DNA from: Candidatus Aenigmatarchaeota archaeon
GTDB lineage: Archaea > Aenigmatarchaeota > Aenigmatarchaeia > CG10238-14 > SCSR01
NCBI GenBank assembly: GCA_039000165.1
Contig: JAWBTW010000002.1
Coordinates: 19,242 to 83,241 of the forward strand
DNA length: 64,000 bases
Direction of reading: 5' to 3'
The notes beneath the pieces were generated by a model. That model did not search any database, was not told where the DNA came from, and saw only the letters and a program-made list of their open reading frames with translations. Shown piece by piece: positions 47,217 to 56,448 of this stretch (position 1 is the first letter of the stretch; every line of letters starts with the position of its first letter). A program made the translations under genes and the position numbers.

Positions 47217-47716
47217 ACTATCATCTGCATCATAGCCAAATCTCTATTTCCGTTAAAGTCTATCAGGAAATACCTCTTTATTGAAACTACAATTTTTGGG
47301 TTGTTCGGAAAGCTTCCTATCTCATAAGGGTTTGCTGGGTCGAAATCCTCTCCTGTAATGTTAGCAAATCTTATGTATAAATTGTAGCCACCAAAACCAA
47401 GACTACTTTTAATTTTATCTATACCTGCACTCAAAAATTTTGAAATTTTCTCTTCGCTCACTATATATTCTGTATCTCCTGCCAAACCAAAAGCTTTCAC
47501 GTTATTTGAATCCCAATCTTCTGGTACTCCTTTGCTTCTTATAAGCAGGTCAGAAGCCCTTTGCAATTTTTTATCGAGCATGTTAATTTCATAAGCATAA
47601 CTTGCCTGTTCAACTAACTGATTGGTTATCAAAAGCCAAATTGTAAAAACACTAACAAAAAATATTAAGCTCATGAAAACATCAAAAGTGAAAACTTGAG
47701 CTTTTTTCTTAAGCAC
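47207..47716 (-). CDS. Minor pilin
   Basis: KKKA|QVFTFD class III signal. Confidence 0.75.
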   Translation of the reverse strand: MLKKKAQVFTFDVFMSLIFFVSVFTIWLLITNQLVEQASYAYEINMLDKKLQRASDLLIRSKGVPEDWDSNNVKAFGLAGDTEYIVSEEKISKFLSAGIDKIKSSLGFGGYNLYIRFANITGEDFDPANPYEIGSFPNNPKIVVSIKRYFLIDFNGNRDLAMMQMIVWR

Positions 47717-48116
47717 TTATGTTCACCATCCCATTAATATTTTTAATTAAATTTTTTCCAAAAGTAAAGTTTCCATTAATATTGCTTGTGATTAATGCAA
47801 CGGAATAGGAAGTTTTTGTTGTGTTTATGGTTAAAACATTTCCGTAAATGGTTATGTTATAAATAAACGTCCCTATTTTTTCAGGCAAGTAATATTCTTT
47901 TGAAAATCCGTCTCCACTTAAATGAGCTAAATTTATTTGATTTGCAGCCTCATCACCTATTCTCTGAACCTCAAAAATCATGCTTTGCTCTTGAATTTGA
48001 GTATTTCTCCAAGTATAAGCTGCTATGAAAGCAACTAGAAAAAAGCAAAAAGCTCCGAATAAATAAATGAATTCTCCCACAACCTGAGCCTTAAAACTTA
48101 TAGGTAATGTTAACAT
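47709..48116 (-). CDS. Minor pilin
   Basis: KA|QVVGE class III signal. Confidence 0.72.
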   Translation of the reverse strand: MLTLPISFKAQVVGEFIYLFGAFCFFLVAFIAAYTWRNTQIQEQSMIFEVQRIGDEAANQINLAHLSGDGFSKEYYLPEKIGTFIYNITIYGNVLTINTTKTSYSVALITSNINGNFTFGKNLIKNINGMVNISA

Positions 48117-48501
48117 AATCACCCTGCATTTTAACAAGAACTCTATAGTTTCCTTCTCCTCTTGGTAAAGTTCCGTTTAGCTTGCACAAAGCTTCCCCAT
48201 AAACATGAGTCACACTAGAATCAACAGTCAAGTTATAAACTATTTTTTTATCATCAAAATAAGCGTCTTTTACTCCTGAAGGAATGTAAACCTGAGAAAT
48301 AACGCTTGCAGGCTCGCCTTGCATACAAACCATGTTAGCTGAGTCTATCATCCAATCGACTGCATTTCTGAGTTGCGAAACTCTTACATCATTAGAAAAG
48401 TTGTTTTTTGAAATTTGAAAATAGTAAAGGATTCCACCAAATATTAAAAGTGCAACTGAAACAAGAACCAAATACTCTAGAGCAGCCTGAGCTTTTCTCA
48501 T
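48091..48501 (-). CDS. Minor pilin
   Basis: MRKA|QAALEYL class III signal. Confidence 0.8.
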   Translation of the reverse strand: MRKAQAALEYLVLVSVALLIFGGILYYFQISKNNFSNDVRVSQLRNAVDWMIDSANMVCMQGEPASVISQVYIPSGVKDAYFDDKKIVYNLTVDSSVTHVYGEALCKLNGTLPRGEGNYRVLVKMQGDYVNITYKF

Positions 48502-48551
48502 ACTATTAAGTTAGGTTTTCTAATAAAAAAAGATAATTTTTTAAATTTTTC

Positions 48552-48656
48552 GTAGTTAAGTTCGAGGTTTAGAATTTTTGACTTTCCTCAGCTTTTTATA
48601 AGCCAAGGAAAGCGTAGCTGTTAGCTACTGAATTCTAAACTTCCTCCTTAACTACA
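48552..48656 (+). ncRNA. Candidate structured ncRNA (long stem capped by a two-hairpin junction)
   Basis: GTAGTTAAG/CTTAACTAC, GAGGTTTAGAATT/AATTCTAAACTTC, CTTTCCT/AGGAAAG, GCTT/AAGC, GTAGCT/AGCTAC pairings. Confidence 0.65.
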
Positions 48657-48690
48657 TTTAACTTTATTTTTTCTCAACTTATAAGCTTTT

Positions 48691-49818
48691 CTAGAAGTGC
48701 CTAAAGACTGCAAACTTTAACAAATCTAAAACATCTTTCTTTCCTTCAGTTTCTGGCAAAACTTCCTCTACTTTTACTATTCCTTGCTCGTAAAGCTCTT
48801 TTGCTTTTTCTTTTGCCTCTTCTATCACATTATACTTATTCATGATTTCTATGACTTTTAGCTTAATTTCATCGATTCTTCCTTGAACTTTTCTATATTG
48901 AGAGGAATTTTCCAGACCTTTATCTTTTAAAGAATCTCTCATAGCTACAAGCCTTTTCATCCTTCCCTCATTATCCAACATTCTTAGCAAGTATTTTTTG
49001 TCTTCGCTATCAGCTTTTTCTAAAACTTTTGCTATGAGCAAAGTTCTTTTCATTTCCTCCAAATCCCCTGCCCAATCCTTTCCAAACTTTTGAGCTTTTA
49101 AAGTAGCTTCACCTTTTTCTTGTTCTTTCTCTACTGTTAAATCAAGAACATCATCCTGAATCTGAAAAGCAATTCCTATTTTCATTAAAGCAGGCTTAAG
49201 CTCTTCTATTTCCTTATCATTTACTCCTGAAATTATTGCTCCGTAGCGGTAAGGTGTAAATATTGTATAGAAAGCTGACTTTTTCTCTAGGATTTTAAAA
49301 ACTTTTTCTTCTGTAGTTTCTCTCAAAGGTTTTTTCCTTAAGACAAACTCTAAGTCTTGTCCTTCACAAGTTGTTTTAAGCATTTCCTGTCTTGCAGAAA
49401 TAAGCCTTGAATAAGTTTTAAGCCCCCAATTTTTCTTTCCTTTTTCCAAAGCCATTTCTGCTAGAGTTCTTAAGTAATCGCCGTAATTTATTGCATTATC
49501 TATTCCATAAAGTATGTGTAAACAAGGCTTTCCTCTTCTTAACCTTGAATTGTCTTCTATATCATCGTGAATCAAAAACCAGTTATGATCAAAACTTAAT
49601 GAAATCGCTGCCCAAATGGAATCTTCTGGTCTTCTTACTTCATACGCTTTAACAGTTGACCAAACCAAACCTGGCCTAAGGTATTTTCCTCCTCTACTTA
49701 AGTATTCCTCTATAGCTAAACCCATTTGCTCGTTTTCCTTAGGAATTCCAAAAGTTTCTATAAGGTTAACTTTCATATAATTTTCTACTTCTAACAAAGC
49801 TTTCGGTATTTTTTCCAT
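48691..49818 (-). CDS. Polyprenyl (GGPP-type) diphosphate synthase
   Basis: GGKYLRP, HDDIED..RRG, GQDLE, FQIQDDVLD. Confidence 0.9.
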   Translation of the reverse strand: MEKIPKALLEVENYMKVNLIETFGIPKENEQMGLAIEEYLSRGGKYLRPGLVWSTVKAYEVRRPEDSIWAAISLSFDHNWFLIHDDIEDNSRLRRGKPCLHILYGIDNAINYGDYLRTLAEMALEKGKKNWGLKTYSRLISARQEMLKTTCEGQDLEFVLRKKPLRETTEEKVFKILEKKSAFYTIFTPYRYGAIISGVNDKEIEELKPALMKIGIAFQIQDDVLDLTVEKEQEKGEATLKAQKFGKDWAGDLEEMKRTLLIAKVLEKADSEDKKYLLRMLDNEGRMKRLVAMRDSLKDKGLENSSQYRKVQGRIDEIKLKVIEIMNKYNVIEEAKEKAKELYEQGIVKVEEVLPETEGKKDVLDLLKFAVFRHF

Positions 49819-49882
49819 GATTACCAATAAGCCTAAAAAGTATTAATATTTAATTTTTTAGCTTAAAAACCAATTTTAAAGT

Positions 49883-50299
49883 ATGAAGTTTAAGTTTTTG
49901 GACATAACAACAGCAGACATAGCCTTTGAAGCTTATGGTAAAGATTTGAACGAGTTGTTTGAAAATGCAGCCTTAGCAATGTTTGAAGTAATGGTTAACA
50001 CTAAGCAAATAGAAACAAAAATTGAAAGAAAAGTTGAGGTCGAAGGTTCAGACTTAGAATCTTTAATGTTTAACTGGCTAAATTATTTGCTAGTTTTTGT
50101 TGATTCGGAAAACTTAGCTTTTTCTGAATTTTTAGTAAAAGTTGACGAGAAAAAATTTAAGCTAGAAGCTATTTGTAAAGGCGAAACCATAGATAAGAAT
50201 AAGCATGAAACTAGAACGCACGTTAAAGCTTGTACCTATCATCAGCTAAAAATTAAAAAAAATAAAGTTTGGAAAGCAAAAGTTATTCTTGACATTTAG
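49883..50299 (+). CDS. Archease
   Basis: LDITTADIAFEAYG, VKACTYH, ILDI. Confidence 0.92.
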   Translation: MKFKFLDITTADIAFEAYGKDLNELFENAALAMFEVMVNTKQIETKIERKVEVEGSDLESLMFNWLNYLLVFVDSENLAFSEFLVKVDEKKFKLEAICKGETIDKNKHETRTHVKACTYHQLKIKKNKVWKAKVILDI

Positions 50300-50574
50300 C
50301 TTAGCTCTTCAACTTCCTCCTTTCCCTTTTTCAATTCTTCTTGCTGCTCTTTATCTTTTTCTAAAAGCAAAGCTTGAAACTCGCCAAGATGAGTTTTTTC
50401 TTCTTTCGCTATGTCAAGCAAGACTTTCTTCATTTTTTGATCTTCACAAATACTTGCTAGTTGTTCATATAAATTTATAGCATCTAGCTCTGCTATCATC
50501 CCAACTCTTGCTATTTCTTTTTCCAAATCTTCTTTCTTTACTTTCTCAAGTTTAAAAGGTATTTGGGATAGCAT
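50296..50574 (-). CDS. Ferritin-like / rubrerythrin family protein
   Basis: AELDAINLYEQ, EEKTH.GEF. Confidence 0.85.
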   Translation of the reverse strand: MLSQIPFKLEKVKKEDLEKEIARVGMIAELDAINLYEQLASICEDQKMKKVLLDIAKEEKTHLGEFQALLLEKDKEQQEELKKGKEEVEELS

Positions 50575-50620
50575 TTTCTCACCTTTAACTTAATCTTTTT
50601 CAAGAGTATTTAAAATTAAT

Positions 50621-50743
50621 ATGAGAAAATGTCCAAACTGCAGGAACAAAAGCTTAACTAAAATTTTAGGTGAATGGGTTTGCTTTGAGTGTGAATTTCA
50701 TTCTGAAAAATTGACCAAGAAAGTTAATAAAAGTTTTAGATGA
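50621..50743 (+). CDS. Small Zn-ribbon protein (40 aa), not in ORF track
   Basis: MRKCPNCRNK...WVCFECEF. Confidence 0.6.
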   Translation: MRKCPNCRNKSLTKILGEWVCFECEFHSEKLTKKVNKSFR

Positions 50744-50928
50744 TGAAGTTTAAGCTTTTTAAATTTAGTCATTAATCTTTCTGGATGGAAGTCATTCTTT
50801 TATATTCTATAGCCAACTAAAGATTTTTATTGTTTTGTCATGAACTTAGACTGAATACAAAATTTTTAAAGTATAAATTAGGAAAACTTTTAATTCTCTT
50901 TTGATAAATAAAAGTTAAAGTGAAGCTA

Positions 50929-52224
50929 ATGCTAAAGAGGACTTGCTTCACAAATGAGTTGAAAAATTTTTTGGGAAAAAAAGTAGTTTTGAACGGTTGG
51001 TGTCATGACATAAGAGATTTAGGAGGAATAGTTTTCATTCTTTTGAGAGATAAAGAAGGTATAGCCCAATTAACAGCATGCAAAGACAAAGTTTCTGAAA
51101 AAATTATTGAAGCTTGTAGGAAGCTTCATCAAGAAGACGTAATAAGCGTTAAAGGGAAAGTTGTTAAAAACAAAAAAGCCATTGGAGGTTTTGAAGTGAT
51201 TTTGGAAGAAATCGAAATTCTAAACACTTCTGAACCAGTCTTACCTTTGGACCCAAGAGAAGTGACTAAAGCAAATTTAAACACTCAGTTGGACTGGAGG
51301 TTTCTCTACTTCAGAACAAAAGAAGCTAGAGCAATTTTCAGAATTCAATCCCAAATTTTGAAATCTTTTCGAGATTTTTTGATAGGAAAAGGATACTTGG
51401 AGATTCAACCTCCAGTGATAATAGCTTCTGCTAGCGAAGGGGGGGCAGAGCTATTCCCAATCCCTTACTTCGAAAAACAGGCTTACCTTGCACAATCTCC
51501 TCAACTTTACAAACAAATGGCAGCAATTTCTTTCGAAAAAGTTTTCATGGTTGTGCCTGTTTTCAGGGCTGAAAAGTTTGATCAGCCAACTCATTTGAAT
51601 GAAGTTAGGCAAATGGACATAGAAGAAGCTTTTGCTGATGATAAGGATGTGATGAAAGTTCTGGAAGAATGTGTTACAAGGATTGTTGAAGATGTGAGGA
51701 AGAATTGCAAAGAAGAATTAAAAGTTTTGGGAAGAGAGCTTAGGCCTTTGAAGCTTCCTTTTAAGAGAGTAACTTATACTGAAGCTGTTGAAATGTTAAA
51801 GAAAAAGGGGGGAAAAATTGAATGGGGAGAAGACTTCTCAAAATCTCAAGAAAAGATTTTGTACCAAGAATATGGGGAGGCTTTCTTCATAGTTGATTGG
51901 CCTTGCGAGATAAAGGCTTTTTATGCCATGCCTTACGAAGATAACCCAAAGATTTGCAAAGCTTTTGATTTGATTTACAACGGAATAGAAATTTCTTCAG
52001 GCACACAGAGAATTCATTTGCCAGAGCTTTTGATAAAAAGGTTGAAAGAAAAAGGTCTTAATCCTGAAAATTTCAAGTTCTACATAGATTGCTTCAGGTA
52101 TGGAGCTCCTCCTCATGCAGGCTGGTCTATAGGCTTGGAAAGGATAACTATGGCAATCACCGGCAAAGCTAACATAAGAGAAGTTACTATGTTTCCTAGA
52201 GATAGGAGCAGAATTTCCCCTTAG
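50929..52224 (+). CDS. aspS: Aspartate--tRNA ligase, probably non-discriminating
   Basis: GWCHDIRDLGG, YLAQSPQLYKQ, FRAE, GAPPHAG; adjacent to tRNA-Asn and gatCAB. Confidence 0.92.
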   Translation: MLKRTCFTNELKNFLGKKVVLNGWCHDIRDLGGIVFILLRDKEGIAQLTACKDKVSEKIIEACRKLHQEDVISVKGKVVKNKKAIGGFEVILEEIEILNTSEPVLPLDPREVTKANLNTQLDWRFLYFRTKEARAIFRIQSQILKSFRDFLIGKGYLEIQPPVIIASASEGGAELFPIPYFEKQAYLAQSPQLYKQMAAISFEKVFMVVPVFRAEKFDQPTHLNEVRQMDIEEAFADDKDVMKVLEECVTRIVEDVRKNCKEELKVLGRELRPLKLPFKRVTYTEAVEMLKKKGGKIEWGEDFSKSQEKILYQEYGEAFFIVDWPCEIKAFYAMPYEDNPKICKAFDLIYNGIEISSGTQRIHLPELLIKRLKEKGLNPENFKFYIDCFRYGAPPHAGWSIGLERITMAITGKANIREVTMFPRDRSRISP

Positions 52225-52637
52225 GATTTTCTTCTTTTTGCTCAAAACTTATCCATTTTGGTATAGAGTGTTTGTTTTAGTTGCTGAAGAGTTACAGTTG
52301 TATAATAAATTATTTCTCTTGGGTCTTTATCTTCGGAGTTAACATAATTTCCTCTCCAAAAACGAAGAACAAACCCAAGAGGTATAGAGTCTACTAAACC
52401 TTTTTTTCAAATTTAAAAGACTTTCTTACATCATATTCATTCACACCTATTTCTTTAGTTTATTTCCCACTATTGCAAACCTGTATTTTAGAAGCTAGTA
52501 AATAAGTAATGATTCTTCTAACCATTCTGTTTCTGTGAACTCTTTCCCATTTGAATATTGTACTATGTTAATTCTATTAAGTAACCTAAACATCAGGATG
52601 AACAAGTTTTAAGATTTTCGTTTTTCCTAAAAAATAG

Positions 52638-52723
52638 CGCCCGGGGAGAGACTCGAACTCTCGACCTCCTGGTTAACAGCTTCGCCCTTAAGTCAGGCGC
52701 TCTACCTACTGAGCTACCCGGGC
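52638..52723 (-). tRNA. tRNA-Asn(GTT) with 13-nt non-canonical intron at 30/31 (52681-52693)
   Basis: CCTG[ACTTAAGGGCGAA]G-CT-GTT-AA-CCAGG; BHB with CGCC/GGCG helix. Confidence 0.9.
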
Positions 52724-52740
52724 TCGGTAAATAATTTTTA

Positions 52741-54144
52741 TTAAATTAATTTTAAAATTAACTCTCTTGCCTTTTTAGGATCGGCTCTCATTTTACTCTC
52801 CTTAAGCACTAAACCGATTAAAAAGTTCAAGGCTTTTTCGTTCCCCTTCAAATAATCCTCCACAACTTTTTTATTTTCTTTCACAACTTTTTCAACAATT
52901 TCTTTCAACTTCCCATCTTCTCTCAAAACACTTAAGTCCTTCTCTTCAACAATCTCGTTTGGCGATTTTCCAGTAGCAACAAATTCTTTTATTATTTCTT
53001 TTGCCGTCCTTTGAGTTATTTTCCCAGAATCAATCAGCTCCAAAAGTTCAACAAAACTTTTCGGAGTAACTTTTGATTCCACTATGCTTATCTTGTTCCA
53101 ATTCAAGCATTTGAGCAAATCTACAACCATCCACTTAGCAATATTTTCAAAATTTTTATAGAGTTTTGAGCATTCTTCAAAAAAATCAGCAAACGCTTTA
53201 CCTGTGTAAACTATTATCTTTGCTTCTCTTTCACTTATCCCATAAATTTCCACAAACCTTCTTATCTTCATATCAGGCAATTCAGGCATTTTCTTTTCTA
53301 TTTCTTTAAGCCAATTCTCAGAAATTTCTATTTTGGTCAAATCTGGCTCAAAGATGTAACCATAATCCTCTTCAAATTCTTTTTTCCTCAAACTCACAGT
53401 AGATTTTGTTTGTGAATCAAAATGTCTTGTTTCCCTCTCAACTACTAAACCCATTTTCTTCAAGTTTTGCTGCCTTACAATCTCATAATTCAAAGCTTTC
53501 TCAACATTTGCAAAGCCGGTGATATTCTTTAACTCAACTTTTTCCCCTCCTTCTATGCTTATGTTTGCATCAACTCTTAAAGCAGCTTCTCTGCTTGCAT
53601 CGTAAATTTCCAAATGCTCAAGTATAGAAACAAGCTTGGAGAGAAATTCTCTCACTTCTTTTGTTGATTCAAAATCTGGTTCAGTCACAATTTCCAACAA
53701 AGGAATCCCGGAACGATTATAATCGACCAAAACATATTTGGCTGAAGTTATATCGCCACCTACATGGATTAGCTTTGCAGGGTCCTCTTCTACATGCACT
53801 CTCCTTATCCTTATCTTCTTCTCATTTATCTCAAGAAAACCATTTTTAGCTAAAGGTATTTCATATTGGGTTATTTGAAAATTCTTTGCCATGTCCGGAT
53901 AAAAGTAGTTTTTTCTTGAAAAGAAAGTTTCTCTTGCTATTTCACAGTCCAAAGCTTTAGCTACCATTAAAGCAGAATCTATAACTTTTTTGTTGACTTT
54001 TGGTTTTGAGCCGGGAAAGCCTAAACAAATTGGGCAAGTAAGTTCATTTGGTTCAGCACTTTCATAATTAGTTGGACAAGAGCAAAATAGCTTACTTTTT
54101 GTGTTGATATGAACATGAATTTCCAAACCTATTTTCACCTTCAT
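52741..54144 (-). CDS. gatB: Asp/Glu-tRNA amidotransferase subunit B
   Basis: IGLEIH, RKNYFYPD, HVEED, DYNRSGIPLLEIV. Confidence 0.95.
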   Translation of the reverse strand: MKVKIGLEIHVHINTKSKLFCSCPTNYESAEPNELTCPICLGFPGSKPKVNKKVIDSALMVAKALDCEIARETFFSRKNYFYPDMAKNFQITQYEIPLAKNGFLEINEKKIRIRRVHVEEDPAKLIHVGGDITSAKYVLVDYNRSGIPLLEIVTEPDFESTKEVREFLSKLVSILEHLEIYDASREAALRVDANISIEGGEKVELKNITGFANVEKALNYEIVRQQNLKKMGLVVERETRHFDSQTKSTVSLRKKEFEEDYGYIFEPDLTKIEISENWLKEIEKKMPELPDMKIRRFVEIYGISEREAKIIVYTGKAFADFFEECSKLYKNFENIAKWMVVDLLKCLNWNKISIVESKVTPKSFVELLELIDSGKITQRTAKEIIKEFVATGKSPNEIVEEKDLSVLREDGKLKEIVEKVVKENKKVVEDYLKGNEKALNFLIGLVLKESKMRADPKKARELILKLI

Positions 54145-55457
54145 TTCTTCACCTTTTCAAAAGTATAAGCAACTCTTAAAGCTTTACCTTCTTGCAAATG
54201 ATCAGCCATTATATGCATTCCAACGGGCAAACCATTCAAAAAACCGCAAGGAATTGAAATATGAGGAATACCTGCAAGATTTGGTGCAACCGTCAGCACA
54301 TCCATCATGTATTGCTCAATAGGTTCAAGCTTTTCAATTTCTTCAAATTTTGGTGCAACTATTGGCATGGTAGGAGCAATCAAAACATCAAATTTTTTGA
54401 AAGCTTGTTTAAATTCTTGAATTATTTTTGTTCTAACTTTCAAAGCTTTTAAATAATAAGCATCTCTGAAGCCAGCCATTCTAGCAAAAGTGCCAAGAAT
54501 AATTCTCCTTTTAGCTTCTTCCCCAAACCCAGTTCCCCTGACTTTTGAAAAATATTCGTCAAAATTTCCTTTTAACTCAAGCTCTAAACCATACCTCATA
54601 CCACAAAATTTTGCCAAGTTTGTTGAAGCTTCTGCCATTGCTATTATGTAGTAAGAATAGAGAGCATATTTCGTGCTTGGCAAAGAAATTTCTTCATAAT
54701 TTGCTCCGTTGCTTTCTAAAATTTTTATTCCATCCCAAACAATTCTTGCAATTTTTTCATCAACTTCAAAATATTCTCTCGGCACCCCAATCCTAACATT
54801 TTTCACGTCTTCAATTAAATAGCGCGTAAAATCTTCTTTTGGTAACTTTAATACAGTGGAATCAAACTCATCTGGCCCAGCTATTACCGAAAGCAATAAA
54901 GCAACGTCTTCTACTGTTTTACCGATGCAACCAATTTTGTCCAAGCTATTTGCATAATCTATCAGTCCCCATCTTGAAACTCTTCCATAAGTTGGAGTTA
55001 AACCAACAACCCCACAAAAAGAAGCCGGACAAGAAATGCTTCCCCCAGTAGATTCAGCTATTGCTATATGTGGAAAATCCGCAACTGCTGCCAAACAAGC
55101 TGCTCCTCCTGAGCTACCACCACAACTTCTTTTTACATCGTAAGGGTTTTTTGGAATAGAAAAAGCACAATTTGTGGAGAAAGTTCCGAAACCAAATTCG
55201 TCCATTGCAGTTTTCCCTATTATAAAAGCTCCCTCTTTTTTACATTTTTCAACTACACTTGCATCAAAAGGCGGTACATAATTTTCCAAAATTTTTGAGC
55301 CTGCTGTAGTTCTCATACCTTTTGTGCAAATGTTGTCTTTAACAGAAATTGCAATTCCTGAAAGTTTTCCTTTTCCAAACTCAACTTTTTCAGTAATAGT
55401 TATGAATGGTGAAAATTTTTCTTGAATTTTTTTTGCTTTTTCCAAAATCTCTTCCAT
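54141..55457 (-). CDS. gatA: Asp/Glu-tRNA amidotransferase subunit A
   Basis: KDNI, GGSSGG, STGGSI..PA, PTYGRVSR, KRRIILG. Confidence 0.93.
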   Translation of the reverse strand: MEEILEKAKKIQEKFSPFITITEKVEFGKGKLSGIAISVKDNICTKGMRTTAGSKILENYVPPFDASVVEKCKKEGAFIIGKTAMDEFGFGTFSTNCAFSIPKNPYDVKRSCGGSSGGAACLAAVADFPHIAIAESTGGSISCPASFCGVVGLTPTYGRVSRWGLIDYANSLDKIGCIGKTVEDVALLLSVIAGPDEFDSTVLKLPKEDFTRYLIEDVKNVRIGVPREYFEVDEKIARIVWDGIKILESNGANYEEISLPSTKYALYSYYIIAMAEASTNLAKFCGMRYGLELELKGNFDEYFSKVRGTGFGEEAKRRIILGTFARMAGFRDAYYLKALKVRTKIIQEFKQAFKKFDVLIAPTMPIVAPKFEEIEKLEPIEQYMMDVLTVAPNLAGIPHISIPCGFLNGLPVGMHIMADHLQEGKALRVAYTFEKVKK

Positions 55458-55465
55458 TTTTTCAC

Positions 55466-55744
55466 CTAAACTATCCTCGGTCCTTTGAAATATTTTTCTT
55501 CTTTATGCTTAGTGTTGGCTAAAGGCTCCCATTCCCACTTTTTCTCCTCGTCATCTCTCAACACATTTTTTATTTCAATCGGATGAAAAGAAGGTTCTAA
55601 GTTGCTTGTATCAACTTCATCAATTTTTTTAAAAGCTTCCAAGACTTGATTCAATTGATTTTTAAATTTTTTCACTTCTTCTTCACTCAAACTTAACCTT
55701 GCAATTTTTGTTACGTATTTTAAAGTTTCCTCTTCTATCTCCAT
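55466..55744 (-). CDS. gatC: Asp/Glu-tRNA amidotransferase subunit C
   Basis: IARLSLSEEE, NVLRDD, YFKGPRIV. Confidence 0.9.
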   Translation of the reverse strand: MEIEEETLKYVTKIARLSLSEEEVKKFKNQLNQVLEAFKKIDEVDTSNLEPSFHPIEIKNVLRDDEEKKWEWEPLANTKHKEEKYFKGPRIV

Positions 55745-55779
55745 AAAAACCACTATTCTCTATTAAATTTTTAAAGAAT

Positions 55780-56019
55780 TTAAAAAAAATTAAAGCCTCG
55801 AATCTCTTTAGAGTTGAGTTTGCATTTACGTAAAGCTAACCCAACTATTGCTAAAGAAAGCAAATAAATTAAAGTAGCTATTCCATTAAACTTCCACGGA
55901 TGAAATGGCAATAGATATTTAAATAAAATAAGAATGTTAGCAACTATTATCGGTAAAAAAATAAATGGCAACCAAAATATAAGTTTATTCTTTTCTACTT
56001 GTTTTAATTTTTTTGTCAT
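55780..56019 (-). CDS. Small membrane protein (2 TM)
   Basis: Two hydrophobic segments. Confidence 0.5.
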   Translation of the reverse strand: MTKKLKQVEKNKLIFWLPFIFLPIIVANILILFKYLLPFHPWKFNGIATLIYLLSLAIVGLALRKCKLNSKEIRGFNFF

Positions 56020-56062
56020 TTTGTTCCCAGTTTACTATTTACCACCTAAATAAGTTCTGATT

Positions 56063-56212
56063 CTATTTCTCCACCGCAAGTTTGTTTCCTTTTATGATGA
56101 TTTTAACTTCCTCTCCTGGTTTAAAAGGAAATGCTGAGTCATTTGCTACAGCTGCAGTAATCGTCAAATATAAAGTCTTAGCTTTTTTATGTGGTATTAA
56201 AGTTGTTTTACT
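56063..56212 (-). pseudogene. AbrB/SpoVT-like DNA-binding protein remnant
   Basis: SKTTLIPHKKAKTLYLTITAAVANDSAFPFKPGEEVKIIIKGNKLAVEK*; in-frame TAA upstream and no start codon. Confidence 0.55.
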
Positions 56213-56245
56213 TTAAATTACAATAATAATTACGGTAGTAAAAAA

Positions 56246-56423
56246 ATGAAGATAACACCAGAAATTTTAGAAGAAGCAAAAAAAGTTGTATTTAGAAGGA
56301 AACTCGATTAGAAAAACTACTAAACTTATTCAAGACAAATTTGGGATAGAAATCGGAAAGAGGATTTATAAAGAAGACAGGAGGGAAATACATAATAAGC
56401 AAGAAAGGAAAAGATTTTATTAA
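56246..56423 (+). pseudogene. Frameshifted HTH fragment, possibly a transposase N-terminus
   Basis: MKITPEILEEAKK, then after a frameshift in an A7 run LYLEGNSIRKTTKLIQDKFGIEIG. Confidence 0.5.
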
Positions 56424-56448
56424 TTTTTATGAGAACGCACTTAAATCA

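Noticed and set aside
48575..48600. Hammerhead ribozyme or second RNase P (CTGAGGAAAGTC on minus strand)
   Set aside because: No stem II followed by GAAA and no RNase P 3' conserved region; the motif is paired within a hairpin
50740..50854. Possible C/D box sRNA (ATGATGA ... CTGA)
   Set aside because: The boxes are ~110 nt apart with no clear internal C'/D' boxes, and the C box coincides with stop codons
52240..52610. Coding-like fragments downstream of tRNA-Asn
   Set aside because: Short broken frames with no recognisable motif; may be a decayed insertion but cannot be supported
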